The position numbers and the translations under genes are program-made. From Candidatus Woesearchaeota archaeon (GTDB taxonomy: Archaea > Nanobdellota > Nanobdellia > Pacearchaeales > GW2011-AR1): a stretch of 64,000 nucleotides of DNA. Positions 29,198 to 37,969 of this stretch are shown one piece after another; within the stretch, counting starts at the first letter, position 1; each line of letters starts with the position of its first letter. The stretch is from the NCBI GenBank assembly GCA_964412025.1, contig CAYPLY010000002.1, forward strand, positions 33,614 through 97,613, written 5' to 3'. The notes under the pieces were generated by a model that did not search any database, was not told where the DNA came from, and was given only the letters and a program-made list of their open reading frames with translations.

Positions 29198-30238
29198 CTA
29201 TTCTATCACTTTATACCCTTTCATCTCTAACACTTTTCTAACAGAATCGTCTATTAATTTTTGAGAAACTTTTCCATTTAAGACTGCTTCTTTTAATTCG
29301 TCTCTTCTTTTTAATAGATTTTTATAGCCTGAACTTATATGTGTATCTAAAATCATATTATTTCCGGCGATAATTAAATCTGGATAAACTTTCTTGAAAT
29401 TAAATAGATAAGAAATTCTCAATCCCAGCATTGTTACTGCATCCGTAATAACAACCCCTTTAAAATTTTCTTTTAATGTTCCAATAACTTCTGGAGAAAT
29501 TGTTGATTGTTTACCTTTTGAATCTATTGCTCCATATACAATTGGATGTCCCACCATAACAAAATCTGCTTTTTCAGAAATTGCAAAGTTGAAATAATCT
29601 AATTCTTCTTGGGAGATATTTGTTTTATACTTAAACAAGTGGGGATTTTTAACCATGCTTCCCCCAGGATAATGTTTAGCAGTTGCTAAAATACTTTGGT
29701 TATGAAGTCCTTTAATATATTTTGAAATTTTTTCTTTAATTTCATCAGGAGTTCCGGTAAATGTTCTCCAGGGCCAAACAGTGTTTTTGGTTTCTACAAT
29801 GGGGGAAAAATCTAAATTAAACCCTAATTCTTTCAATATATTACCGTGCTCCTTCCCTAAATTGTAGGCTTCTTCCCCAGATGTAATATCTCCAAAAGAG
29901 GAGGAATTGTAAAAATTAGAAAAAGGATTCCAATATCCCTCCATATCTGTTGAAACAAAAAGTTTTATATTTGAATTATCTTGATAAAAAGAAATAGTAT
30001 TTTGATACTCTTCTTTGGATTTTAAATCATTAAGAAAGATTCCTCCCACGTGTAACTCATTTAAATATTTCTTATCCAACCCTAGAGGTTTAACAAACAT
30101 TAACTGCCCTATCTTCTCTTCTAAGCTTAAGTTTGAAATATTTATTGTTTTATCCATTTCAAATTCATAAGCAGAGGTAAACAAAGTTAATAAAATTATC
30201 AATAAAACTAAACAAACCGTTAATTGGAGACTTTTCAT
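29198..30238 (-). CDS. Secreted glycoside hydrolase family 3 N-terminal-domain protein (beta-N-acetylhexosaminidase/NagZ-like)
   Basis: Signal peptide; ATAKHYPGGS resembles the GH3 KHFPGHG motif; 346 aa. Confidence 0.55.
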   Translation of the reverse strand: MKSLQLTVCLVLLIILLTLFTSAYEFEMDKTINISNLSLEEKIGQLMFVKPLGLDKKYLNELHVGGIFLNDLKSKEEYQNTISFYQDNSNIKLFVSTDMEGYWNPFSNFYNSSSFGDITSGEEAYNLGKEHGNILKELGFNLDFSPIVETKNTVWPWRTFTGTPDEIKEKISKYIKGLHNQSILATAKHYPGGSMVKNPHLFKYKTNISQEELDYFNFAISEKADFVMVGHPIVYGAIDSKGKQSTISPEVIGTLKENFKGVVITDAVTMLGLRISYLFNFKKVYPDLIIAGNNMILDTHISSGYKNLLKRRDELKEAVLNGKVSQKLIDDSVRKVLEMKGYKVIE

Positions 30239-30436
30239 TTAAGATTTCTTGAACTTAGCAACCAGCTCTAACTGGTCTTCCTGTCCTAAGAAAATTGCTC
30301 TGCAACAGAACCTTTCGAGTCCTAACTCATCTAAAACCTTTTTTGAGCTTTCTCCCTGAGCTACTCGTTTTTTGTATTCTTCCCATAAGTGACCAATCGG
30401 TTTACCACAGGAAAAACATCTAACTGGAATTATCAT
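30239..30436 (-). CDS. rpoN: DNA-directed RNA polymerase subunit N (Rpo10/RpoN)
   Basis: MIIPVRCFSCGKPIGHLWEEY...ELGLERFCCRAIF is canonical RpoN/Rpb10. Confidence 0.9.
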   Translation of the reverse strand: MIIPVRCFSCGKPIGHLWEEYKKRVAQGESSKKVLDELGLERFCCRAIFLGQEDQLELVAKFKKS

Positions 30437-30587
30437 ATAATTAATGCTGAAAGATTATTTTTAAAGCTTACTATCTGGAATTTTAATCAAAAATATGAAT
30501 AAACCTAAAAAAAGAGTATAAATAATTACACAAAAATTTAAAAACTAATTTCTATTAAAAAAATGATTAGGATAAAAAAGAGGAAAA

Positions 30588-30806
30588 ATGACAAAAAAAT
30601 GCATTTATTGTAAGGGAGATATTACAGACGATAGAGCTCTTGATGTTTGCAATAGGTGCGGAGTTGGAGTTTGGGGAGAAAAGATGTTTAATGCTATCCT
30701 TAAAAACATGGGTGAAGCAAATGATAAAGGAGATTTATGCAATTCAAACATTGCAGTGAATGAACCTCCAACCAAAATAGGCAATTCTAGAATAAGTTTT
30801 ATGTAA
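30588..30806 (+). CDS. Small zinc-ribbon protein, unknown function
   Basis: CIYCKG...CNRCG two CxxC pairs; 72 aa. Confidence 0.35.
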   Translation: MTKKCIYCKGDITDDRALDVCNRCGVGVWGEKMFNAILKNMGEANDKGDLCNSNIAVNEPPTKIGNSRISFM

Positions 30807-30843
30807 TGGATAGTTTTTTAAATGGAATTTTTCTGGGTATAAT

Positions 30844-31104
30844 ATGGCAGTTAGGAAATCTATAAGAACGAGGGGAAAACTTCAATTTAGTAGATACTTT
30901 CAAAAATTTAAAAAAGGAGATTCTGTGACGGTTGTTGCCGAAAAATCACTGAGTCCAACCTTCCCTAAAAGACTTCAGGGAAGAACGGGAAAGGTAGAAA
31001 GAAAAATTGGAAGAAGTTATTGTGTAATAATTAAGGACCAAACAAAAGAGAAGGAATTTATTATCTCTCCAATACACTTAAAAAAGATAAAAGACAAGAA
31101 ATAA
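30844..31104 (+). CDS. rpl21e: 50S ribosomal protein L21e
   Basis: KKGDSVTVV...RLQGRTGKVERK L21e core; followed by rpoF and DUF655 as in most archaea. Confidence 0.8.
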   Translation: MAVRKSIRTRGKLQFSRYFQKFKKGDSVTVVAEKSLSPTFPKRLQGRTGKVERKIGRSYCVIIKDQTKEKEFIISPIHLKKIKDKK

Positions 31105-31105
31105 A

Positions 31106-31411
31106 ATGATAAGAAATACAACCCCCCTAAGTATGGCAGAGTCTTTGGAATATATAGAAAAGGACAAGAAAACTGAGAAACCTGCTGCAGATTTTATAAA
31201 AAAGTTTGTTAAAATAACTCCAAAGGAAGCTAAAGAGCTCAGAAAGAAATTAGAAGGCTTAAATAATATTAAAATGAATGATATTACAATTACAAAGCTG
31301 ATTGATATTCTCCCAGAAAAAGCTGAGGAGGTTAATAAAATATTTATTGATATCAGCTTAGACGAGAATGAAACAAAAAGTATACTCGATACAATTAAAG
31401 AATTTAAGTAA
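31106..31411 (+). CDS. rpoF: DNA-directed RNA polymerase subunit F (Rpo4)
   Basis: ~100 aa; position between L21e and DUF655 is the conserved archaeal context for rpoF; helical acidic protein. Confidence 0.55.
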   Translation: MIRNTTPLSMAESLEYIEKDKKTEKPAADFIKKFVKITPKEAKELRKKLEGLNNIKMNDITITKLIDILPEKAEEVNKIFIDISLDENETKSILDTIKEFK

Positions 31412-31416
31412 AGAAC

Positions 31417-31959
31417 ATGGAAAAAGAAGAAAATGCAATAATCTTAGAATATCTTCCAAATGGATATCCTTTGGAGAAGAAAATGATGCCTATAGCCCAA
31501 GCTATAGGAGAGAAAACTTTAGTTCTGCTTGAACTTGTACCTAGAAGAGGGGTTGATTTAAAGATTGGGGAGATTGTTTATATTGGAGAGGGTAAACGTG
31601 ACAAGGTATATTATATTCTTGGGAGACTCCATAGAGAAAAGCTAACCGAAACCGCAAAACATCAATTAGGAGAATTTATAAAGCAAATTGTTAAAGAAAG
31701 AGAGAAAGAATTTGTTGAGTTTTTCAACAAGTCTGATGCAATAAACAAAAGAATTCATCAGATAGAAATGCTTCCGGGTCTAGGGAAGAAACATATGCAG
31801 GAGATATTAAAACAAAGAAAAGAACAGGAATTTGAATCGTTCCAAGACATGAAGAAAAGAATACAAAATCTACCTGATCCTGAGAAAGCAGTTGAAAAAA
31901 GGATATTCCAGGAACTAACAAATATAGAAAGGTACAACCTTTTTACAAATAAGTCATAA
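31417..31959 (+). CDS. DUF655 family protein (HhH nucleic-acid-binding)
   Basis: LPGLGKKHMQEIL helix-hairpin-helix; conserved partner of rpl21e-rpoF. Confidence 0.6.
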   Translation: MEKEENAIILEYLPNGYPLEKKMMPIAQAIGEKTLVLLELVPRRGVDLKIGEIVYIGEGKRDKVYYILGRLHREKLTETAKHQLGEFIKQIVKEREKEFVEFFNKSDAINKRIHQIEMLPGLGKKHMQEILKQRKEQEFESFQDMKKRIQNLPDPEKAVEKRIFQELTNIERYNLFTNKS

Positions 31960-31960
31960 G

Positions 31961-32500
31961 ATGGCAGAAAATATTAAACCTCAAAACAAGAAACCAGAAT
32001 ATGTGAAACCTCAAGAGAAAAGAGAAGAAAGATTAGTTAGAATTCTATCAAAAGATATAGAAGGGAAAATGAAAGTTTATCCAGGATTAACAAAGATAAA
32101 GGGAGTTTCATGGACATTTTCAAATGCCGTATGCAGAACATTAAAAATTGATAAAAACAAAACTATTGGTTCTCTTACTGAAGAAGAAATACAAGCTATA
32201 TCTAACTTTATAAAAAATCCAACATTGCCGACGCATATAATGAATAGAAGAAAAGATGTTGAAACGGGGGATGAGAAGCATCTAACAGGTACCGATTTAG
32301 ATTTAAGAAAAGATTTCGATATAAAGAAGCTAAAGAAGATAAAGAGTTATAGAGGATTAAGACATTTATCAGGACTACCTTCCAGAGGACAAAGAACTAA
32401 AGCGCACTTTAGATCAAATAGGAAGAAGGGCTCAGGAATTAAAAAGAAATCTAAAGATAATGTTCAAGCAAAAAGCAGCTATATAGGAATGAAAAAATGA
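31961..32500 (+). CDS. rps13: 30S ribosomal protein S13 (uS13)
   Basis: YRGLRHLSGLPSRGQRTKAHFR S13 signature. Confidence 0.85.
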   Translation: MAENIKPQNKKPEYVKPQEKREERLVRILSKDIEGKMKVYPGLTKIKGVSWTFSNAVCRTLKIDKNKTIGSLTEEEIQAISNFIKNPTLPTHIMNRRKDVETGDEKHLTGTDLDLRKDFDIKKLKKIKSYRGLRHLSGLPSRGQRTKAHFRSNRKKGSGIKKKSKDNVQAKSSYIGMKK

Positions 32501-32540
32501 AAATAAAAATATTAAATTCAATTGAAAGGAGAAATTTCAA

Positions 32541-33029
32541 ATGAAAAGAAAACACAAGATATATTCAAGACCAAAGAGGCCTTTTGATAAGGCCAGAATA
32601 GAAGAAGAAAAAGGGATTGCTGAAGAATTTGGATTGAAGAATAAGAGAGAGATATGGAAGGCAGAGGCAAAGATAAAGACAATAAGAGAAAAAGCAAAAA
32701 GGTTAATTTCTGCAAAACCTGAAGAACAACGGGCATTATTTAATCAATTAAATAAGATTGGACTAAAGGTGGATTCTATTTCATCTGTATTGTCATTAGA
32801 TAAAAAAGATTATCTAAAAAGAAGATTACAAACTGTTGTTGTAACAAGAAAACTTGCAACAACTCCAAAACAAGCAAGACAATTAATAACTCACAGAAAA
32901 ATATTGGTAGATGGGGGAGCTGTTGACAGTCCGTCATATATTGTTCCAGTAGATATGGAAAATAAAATAACTTTAAAAGAGAAAAGAGTTTCAAAAAAGA
33001 AAGAAGAAGCAAAGGAGAGTAAAGAATAA
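32541..33029 (+). CDS. rps4: 30S ribosomal protein S4 (uS4/S9e)
   Basis: RLQTVVVTRKLATTPKQARQLITHRKILVDG S4 domain. Confidence 0.85.
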   Translation: MKRKHKIYSRPKRPFDKARIEEEKGIAEEFGLKNKREIWKAEAKIKTIREKAKRLISAKPEEQRALFNQLNKIGLKVDSISSVLSLDKKDYLKRRLQTVVVTRKLATTPKQARQLITHRKILVDGGAVDSPSYIVPVDMENKITLKEKRVSKKKEEAKESKE

Positions 33030-33030
33030 A

Positions 33031-33492
33031 ATGCCAGAAGAAGAATTGGAAAAAGAAGATATTGAAGAAGTAGAAACTGAAGTTATAGAGAAGAAATCTG
33101 AAATAAAAAAGAAGGAAAAGGACATTGAGGCTGTTCTAAACATTTATACCTCTTTCAATAACACTATTGCGCATGTTACAGATGCTTCTGGAAGAACTCT
33201 TGCAAAGGTTTCTGGAGGAATGGTTACAAAACACAGCAGACTTAAGGCAAATCCTACTATTGCAATGTTTATAGCAAAAAGAATATCTGAAAATATGAAG
33301 GATAAAGGAGTAAAATCCCTTTATGTTAGAATAAGGGCAAAAACAGGAAGTACTGGTCCTGGACCTGGAGCAAATGCAATAATAAAAAGTTTATCAAGGG
33401 AAGGATTTAAAATAATAAATATACTTGATACTACAAGGGTTCCTCGTGGAGGGCCTAAGAAGAAGGGTGGAAGAAGAGGTAGAAGAGTATAA
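33031..33492 (+). CDS. rps11: 30S ribosomal protein S11 (uS11) with acidic N-terminal extension
   Basis: AHVTDASGRTL...TGSTGPGPGANAIIKSLSREGFKI matches the S11 core. Confidence 0.85.
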   Translation: MPEEELEKEDIEEVETEVIEKKSEIKKKEKDIEAVLNIYTSFNNTIAHVTDASGRTLAKVSGGMVTKHSRLKANPTIAMFIAKRISENMKDKGVKSLYVRIRAKTGSTGPGPGANAIIKSLSREGFKIINILDTTRVPRGGPKKKGGRRGRRV

Positions 33493-33539
33493 AATGGGGT
33501 TCTTTAGAAAAGAACCTACAATGGTAGAAAAAGCAAAAA

Positions 33540-34247
33540 ATGGCAAACACAAACAAAATAGATGAAAAGTATGTATTCAGAGAAAGTATAGAAGATAGTT
33601 TAGCAAATGCAATAAGACGATATGTTGGGCAAATTCAGATTGCTGCTATAGATGAAGTAGAAATATCAAAAAATGATTCTCCTCTTTATGATGAAACTCT
33701 TGCACATAGATTAGGATTGATTCCTTTAAAACAGAATTCAAAAAAAGAGGGGAAAATGAAATTATCTTCACAAGATAAAGGGGTAGTTTATTCGGGATCT
33801 TTAAAGGGAGACTTTGAGGTTGTATATGACAAAATACCTATAACTTTACTTGGAGAAGGACAGGAAATAGAATTGTCTGCGAATATAAAAATTGGTGTTG
33901 GAAAAGAACATGCAAAATTCTCTCCGGGGATAATGAATTACAGAGAAGCTGCTGAAATACATACAGATAAGGAGATTGCAGAAAAGATAAAAGAAATGTT
34001 TCCAAATACAGATATTAAACAAAAAGGGGATAAATATATTATATTAGATAACGGAGATACAGAAGTTGCTGATTTATGCGAAGGTCTTGCTGAAAAATAT
34101 AATAAAAAAATTGAAGTGAAAAATACTGGAGAAATGATTATTACTCTGGAATCTTTCGGGCAGATAGATGCAAAAAGCATATTTACCAAGTCTATTGAAG
34201 CTTTGAAAAAAGATTTGGGTGAGATTGGGAAGAAGATTAGCAAATAA
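33540..34247 (+). CDS. rpoD: DNA-directed RNA polymerase subunit D (Rpo3)
   Basis: ANAIRRYVGQIQIAAIDEVEI...ETLAHRLGLIPLK is canonical RpoD/Rpb3; no Fe-S cysteine cluster. Confidence 0.85.
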   Translation: MANTNKIDEKYVFRESIEDSLANAIRRYVGQIQIAAIDEVEISKNDSPLYDETLAHRLGLIPLKQNSKKEGKMKLSSQDKGVVYSGSLKGDFEVVYDKIPITLLGEGQEIELSANIKIGVGKEHAKFSPGIMNYREAAEIHTDKEIAEKIKEMFPNTDIKQKGDKYIILDNGDTEVADLCEGLAEKYNKKIEVKNTGEMIITLESFGQIDAKSIFTKSIEALKKDLGEIGKKISK

Positions 34248-34742
34248 ATAAAATTATAATTATATAAGAGATATGTTTCTTAGAATAATATATATGAATA
34301 TATTTTCATATGTTTTTGTAAAAAAAGGATAAAGATATATCCTTTAATAGAGTCAGTTAAATCTTGGGGGTTTGATATTTCCAGACAATTTTCTTGTCAA
34401 TTTTTTTTCCAAGAATATACAAAATTACCCCAAAGAATTATCGCGCAAAAAACAATTAAGTTGCGGACATGTTTCCCTAAATTGGACACTAAAGAAAAAT
34501 AAAAACCAACTCCTAGTGTGCCCAATCTTAAAAAAGCTAAGAAAAACCAGAGTTTTTTCATGATCTTATTTTTTAATGATTATTATTAATTGATTATATC
34601 TTGTTCTGATTTAATGCAGGGTATTGTATTCAAAGAAAAAGAAGGCTCCTGCAAAAAGAGAGTTATGGCAAAAGAAATGCAAGAGCCTTCAAAAGCACAC
34701 AATTAAGTGTAGGAAGAATTTTTGGTAAATCTAATTTGAGAA

Positions 34743-34994
34743 CTAATCACTTCTCTCACCTCTTTTCTTACAAGAATAAATAAGGTCGGCGATAAATGAA
34801 CCTATCATACCAAGAAAAGCAAGTAAAGTTATTATGCTCCATGCTGTAAACAAGGAATGTCCAAAAGAGTATCCTCCTTTGTAGGGTTCTCCAAAGATTT
34901 TGAAAAGGATAAAATCAATTATTAGCAATACAAAAAAGATTATAGCTAATTTCTTGCTTAAACCCCATCCTTTTATTGAATTGGGTAATTTCAC
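34743..34994 (-). CDS. Small membrane protein (2 TM), hypothetical
   Basis: Two hydrophobic helices; 83 aa. Confidence 0.35.
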   Translation of the reverse strand: MKLPNSIKGWGLSKKLAIIFFVLLIIDFILFKIFGEPYKGGYSFGHSLFTAWSIITLLAFLGMIGSFIADLIYSCKKRGERSD

Positions 34995-35013
34995 TGCTCA
35001 CCTCCTTTCTGAG

Positions 35014-35478
35014 TTAATTAAAATCTCCATTAAATGAAACTGGCTTATCCTGAGAAACTTCAATCTTAAAGTAGTCTGACATATTAGAGAGTTTTACGTT
35101 CTTTTCAGGTAGTCTTTTAATGTTCTTAAAGAGAATTTTAACTCTCGTAACCTTACTTTCTTCTATAATAAGAGGAAAGGTAGTATCCAGCGTTGATACC
35201 CTGACAGAAAAGCTATACTCTCCAGGATGTTTAGCGATAAATAAGGAAGTTTTCTCTAAGGTAAGATTGCCTCCAGGAAGATGTCCTTCATAGAATTCTT
35301 CTCCTTTAAACGCGCTGTAAATGGAGTAATTAAATTCACTATCTCCTTCTCCAGGCATATAATAAAATTCTACATATCCCTTTGGAGATCCCTCTGAAAT
35401 CTTGTCAATAACTTTAACTGGAGAGCATCCTGTAAAAAGTATGACCAAAATTGAGTTTAACAAAAAAAATGATTTCAT
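35014..35478 (-). CDS. Lipoprotein with bacterial-type lipobox
   Basis: Signal peptide ending LFTGC|S, which fits the [LVI][ASTVI][GAS]C lipobox. Confidence 0.5.
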   Translation of the reverse strand: MKSFFLLNSILVILFTGCSPVKVIDKISEGSPKGYVEFYYMPGEGDSEFNYSIYSAFKGEEFYEGHLPGGNLTLEKTSLFIAKHPGEYSFSVRVSTLDTTFPLIIEESKVTRVKILFKNIKRLPEKNVKLSNMSDYFKIEVSQDKPVSFNGDFN

Positions 35479-35534
35479 GCGTTTCCTCCTATTATTTTTT
35501 AAATTAAAAATTAAAAGAAATTTCCTTAAACAAA

Positions 35535-35684
35535 TTAAGCACGTATACGCTTAATCTTTTCTCTATCGAGAACACGGTGTTTCCGATTGTACCTCATTGT
35601 CTTTTCAACCTTATCTGGATTAAGTAGGGCAATCTGAGGAATCTCTTTTTTTCTGGGCTTCGTATTCTTAACCGATTTATTCAC
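35535..35684 (-). CDS. Unannotated 49-aa highly basic ORF (GTG start)
   Basis: GGAGGA 7 nt upstream of GTG; translation MNKSVKNTKPRKKEIPQIALLNPDKVEKTMRYNRKHRVLDREKIKRIRA; not in the supplied ORF track. Confidence 0.3.
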   Translation of the reverse strand: MNKSVKNTKPRKKEIPQIALLNPDKVEKTMRYNRKHRVLDREKIKRIRA

Positions 35685-35732
35685 AGCTAGATCCTCCAAA
35701 ATTAAAATTAAACGATAATAAATACGTAAATA

Positions 35733-35768
35733 AAAACCCCCGAAAGGGTAACCTTCTCGGGGGTTTTT
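35733..35768. terminator. Bidirectional intrinsic-terminator-like hairpin
   Basis: AAAAACCCCCGAAAGG-GTAA-CCTTCTCGGGGGTTTTT: ~11-bp G/C-rich stem flanked by A5 and T5, between convergent or adjacent minus-strand genes. Confidence 0.5.
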
Positions 35769-35793
35769 CTAAGACAAGGGGAAACATAGGGTG

Positions 35794-36306
35794 TTACCTT
35801 TTACGTATCTCATCGCCATTCTGATCAAGGACCCAGAATTTATTCCCGCTTGCTTCAACCAAAAGAGTTGGAATATTGTCAAACGGAGGGGTCCCGGCAG
35901 GAGATTCTTTCAATATCCAAACCTTCTCATCGGGTTGCCTGTGAAGAAAATACTCATACAAATTCAACACCTCAAGCTGAAAGGTAGGAAACTTCGTCAC
36001 AACAGATGGAAACAGATACTTAACGAGATAACGCTCTTCCGCAAAATCAGTAAACTCGAGGGGAAACAAGGAAACACGAAATTCTGCTTCGTCCGATATG
36101 AACTTCTCTTTATCCACATTTACTGTAATAACCTCTCCTGGTTCGAGTTGAGAGACAAGAGATATAAATCCCTTGATAAGCACCTGCTCGCTTTGTTTTG
36201 GTGGTGGAGGTGGGGGAGGAGGAGTTTCGACAACAGCCTCTTTTTTCTTACAACCTGCTCCTAGAGCAAGTAAAAAGATTACTACTAAAAAAACAAACTT
36301 TTTCAT
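35794..36306 (-). CDS. Lipoprotein with poly-proline linker
   Basis: LALGAGC|KKK lipobox; PPPPPPPP linker after the signal peptide. Confidence 0.5.
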   Translation of the reverse strand: MKKFVFLVVIFLLALGAGCKKKEAVVETPPPPPPPPKQSEQVLIKGFISLVSQLEPGEVITVNVDKEKFISDEAEFRVSLFPLEFTDFAEERYLVKYLFPSVVTKFPTFQLEVLNLYEYFLHRQPDEKVWILKESPAGTPPFDNIPTLLVEASGNKFWVLDQNGDEIRKR

Positions 36307-36494
36307 AGTTCTAAAAATTTAAAGTTAAACAATAAAATTACTTTTTTGGGTGTTCAGCCCTTTTTTGAACAATTATATTTTCCCTTTCTTATTTATTATG
36401 AAGTTAATAATTAATATTGGAATATATTTTGTAAGAATTCTTTTCAAAGAAAAAGGGCAAATCCTAACTTGAAAGATATGCCCTTCTATTGGTA

Positions 36495-36695
36495 TTAACT
36501 CATATCCTCAATTAATTCCTGAGGTATATCTACATATTCCCAAATGCCAATGGCAATTAAGAGCGTTAATACAATAAATACAATCAGTGCAATGATTATA
36601 TTCTTAGCCACCCTACTCTGATTAGAGAGATTTACTTTTCTTATTCCAATTATTGAAATGAAAAGTATTACCAAAGCAAAAATTATTGATTTCAT
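36495..36695 (-). CDS. Small membrane protein (2 TM)
   Basis: Two hydrophobic helices, 66 aa. Confidence 0.3.
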   Translation of the reverse strand: MKSIIFALVILFISIIGIRKVNLSNQSRVAKNIIIALIVFIVLTLLIAIGIWEYVDIPQELIEDMS

Positions 36696-36707
36696 AAACC
36701 GAGTGAA

Positions 36708-37352
36708 TTATTTAGTTTGCATTGCCATAAGATATAAACATGAGCCAGAGGCAGCCATCCAACAAGACATTCCGTTGAAATCGCAAAGAAATTTAATCGT
36801 ATCTATTGAATCGTAATGATTTCTTATTGCCCTGTAACAAGCAAAGAAGTTTATTCCCTTAACTTGCTGTTCTAAATATTTATCGGGCATTGGATAAAAG
36901 TCGTTGGTTTGAATGATATTATCAATAACAAGATATTCGTCGTGCAAGAAGTTTTGAAAATTAACTCCATACATACTAACATTGCCTGTTTTTGATTCTA
37001 GATCAAACCGTGTAAAATCAATCAGATTAATAAAATATGTGTCTCCGTCTGGAAGTAATCCGGATTCCATTTTCACAATCTGTAATTCTGCCACCTTTAC
37101 AGTATCACTTTCGGTATAAATATAATATGGCAAAAACATCTGCACAGTCTCGTCATTTTCATTCTTTTGGATAGTTCCTGTGCTGTACATCCCATACTGG
37201 CTAATGGAGCATTCATATTTTATCCAGTCTGGGGAATTAAGAAACTCTCGAATCTCCTTTGGTTGAGGATCAGGAGGATTCAGTTCGGTTTTCTCACAGC
37301 CGTTTATAGTTATAAGAAACACCATTGTTAAAAAAATAGATAACTTTTTCAT
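36708..37352 (-). CDS. Putative lipoprotein, Cys-rich C-terminus
   Basis: Signal peptide ...ITINGC|EKT (near-lipobox); six Cys in the last 60 aa. Confidence 0.4.
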   Translation of the reverse strand: MKKLSIFLTMVFLITINGCEKTELNPPDPQPKEIREFLNSPDWIKYECSISQYGMYSTGTIQKNENDETVQMFLPYYIYTESDTVKVAELQIVKMESGLLPDGDTYFINLIDFTRFDLESKTGNVSMYGVNFQNFLHDEYLVIDNIIQTNDFYPMPDKYLEQQVKGINFFACYRAIRNHYDSIDTIKFLCDFNGMSCWMAASGSCLYLMAMQTK

Positions 37353-37571
37353 TGACTTTCACTTTTAGTTAAACAATAAAAAATTATAATTAATAAGGTA
37401 TATATTATTCTGCTTCAAGGAGCAGATTATTGCATACAAAAGAAAGGAAACCCCCGAGGATTGGTAATCATTTTAAAAATTATACAACGAGGGTTTCCAA
37501 ATAGACAAAATGACAAGCGCTCCATCGAGAGGATTTCTGCCTTGTCTTTCTCAACTTCACTGATTGTTACA

Positions 37572-37949
37572 TTAAGAATACAAGATAAAGATTACAATTA
37601 AACTAAACAAAATAGAAAGAAAAGTCCCGGCCATACCCCCAAAAAGATAAGAAAGAATGGAAGTAGAGTCTATACCTATTTCTTTAAAAAAAGAGGCTTC
37701 TTCCTCTGGTGAGTTGTATCTCCTGGGTTGCTTAATATATTTCCATACTGAAAATAATATAATGCAAATCAAGGGATAAAATGGAAGAAACAGGAGAGAG
37801 ATTACCCAGAGGTTTTGGTATTTGTAAAAGAAATTATCAAAGAATAGCAATGAAAGGGCAAAATATGCACCCAAAACTATTCCAGATACAAAAAAGAACA
37901 AACGATGTTTGCCTTTAATCTGTCCAATTAAATTACAAACTTTTTTCAT
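37572..37949 (-). CDS. Membrane protein (3-4 TM), hypothetical
   Basis: Hydrophobicity only. Confidence 0.3.
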   Translation of the reverse strand: MKKVCNLIGQIKGKHRLFFFVSGIVLGAYFALSLLFFDNFFYKYQNLWVISLLFLPFYPLICIILFSVWKYIKQPRRYNSPEEEASFFKEIGIDSTSILSYLFGGMAGTFLSILFSLIVIFILYS

Positions 37950-37969
37950 GGCATTAAATATTAATAAAG

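Noticed and set aside
34372-34563. 63-aa plus-strand ORF in the rpoD-proximal non-coding region
   Set aside because: No RBS or promoter-like context and no recognisable composition or domain. The region more likely holds regulatory or att sequences for the island.
35791-36264. 157-aa plus-strand ORF
   Set aside because: It is entirely antisense to the lipoprotein gene 35794..36306, whose product has a credible signal peptide, lipobox and poly-Pro linker. The plus-strand product is low-complexity with no start context. It is a shadow ORF.
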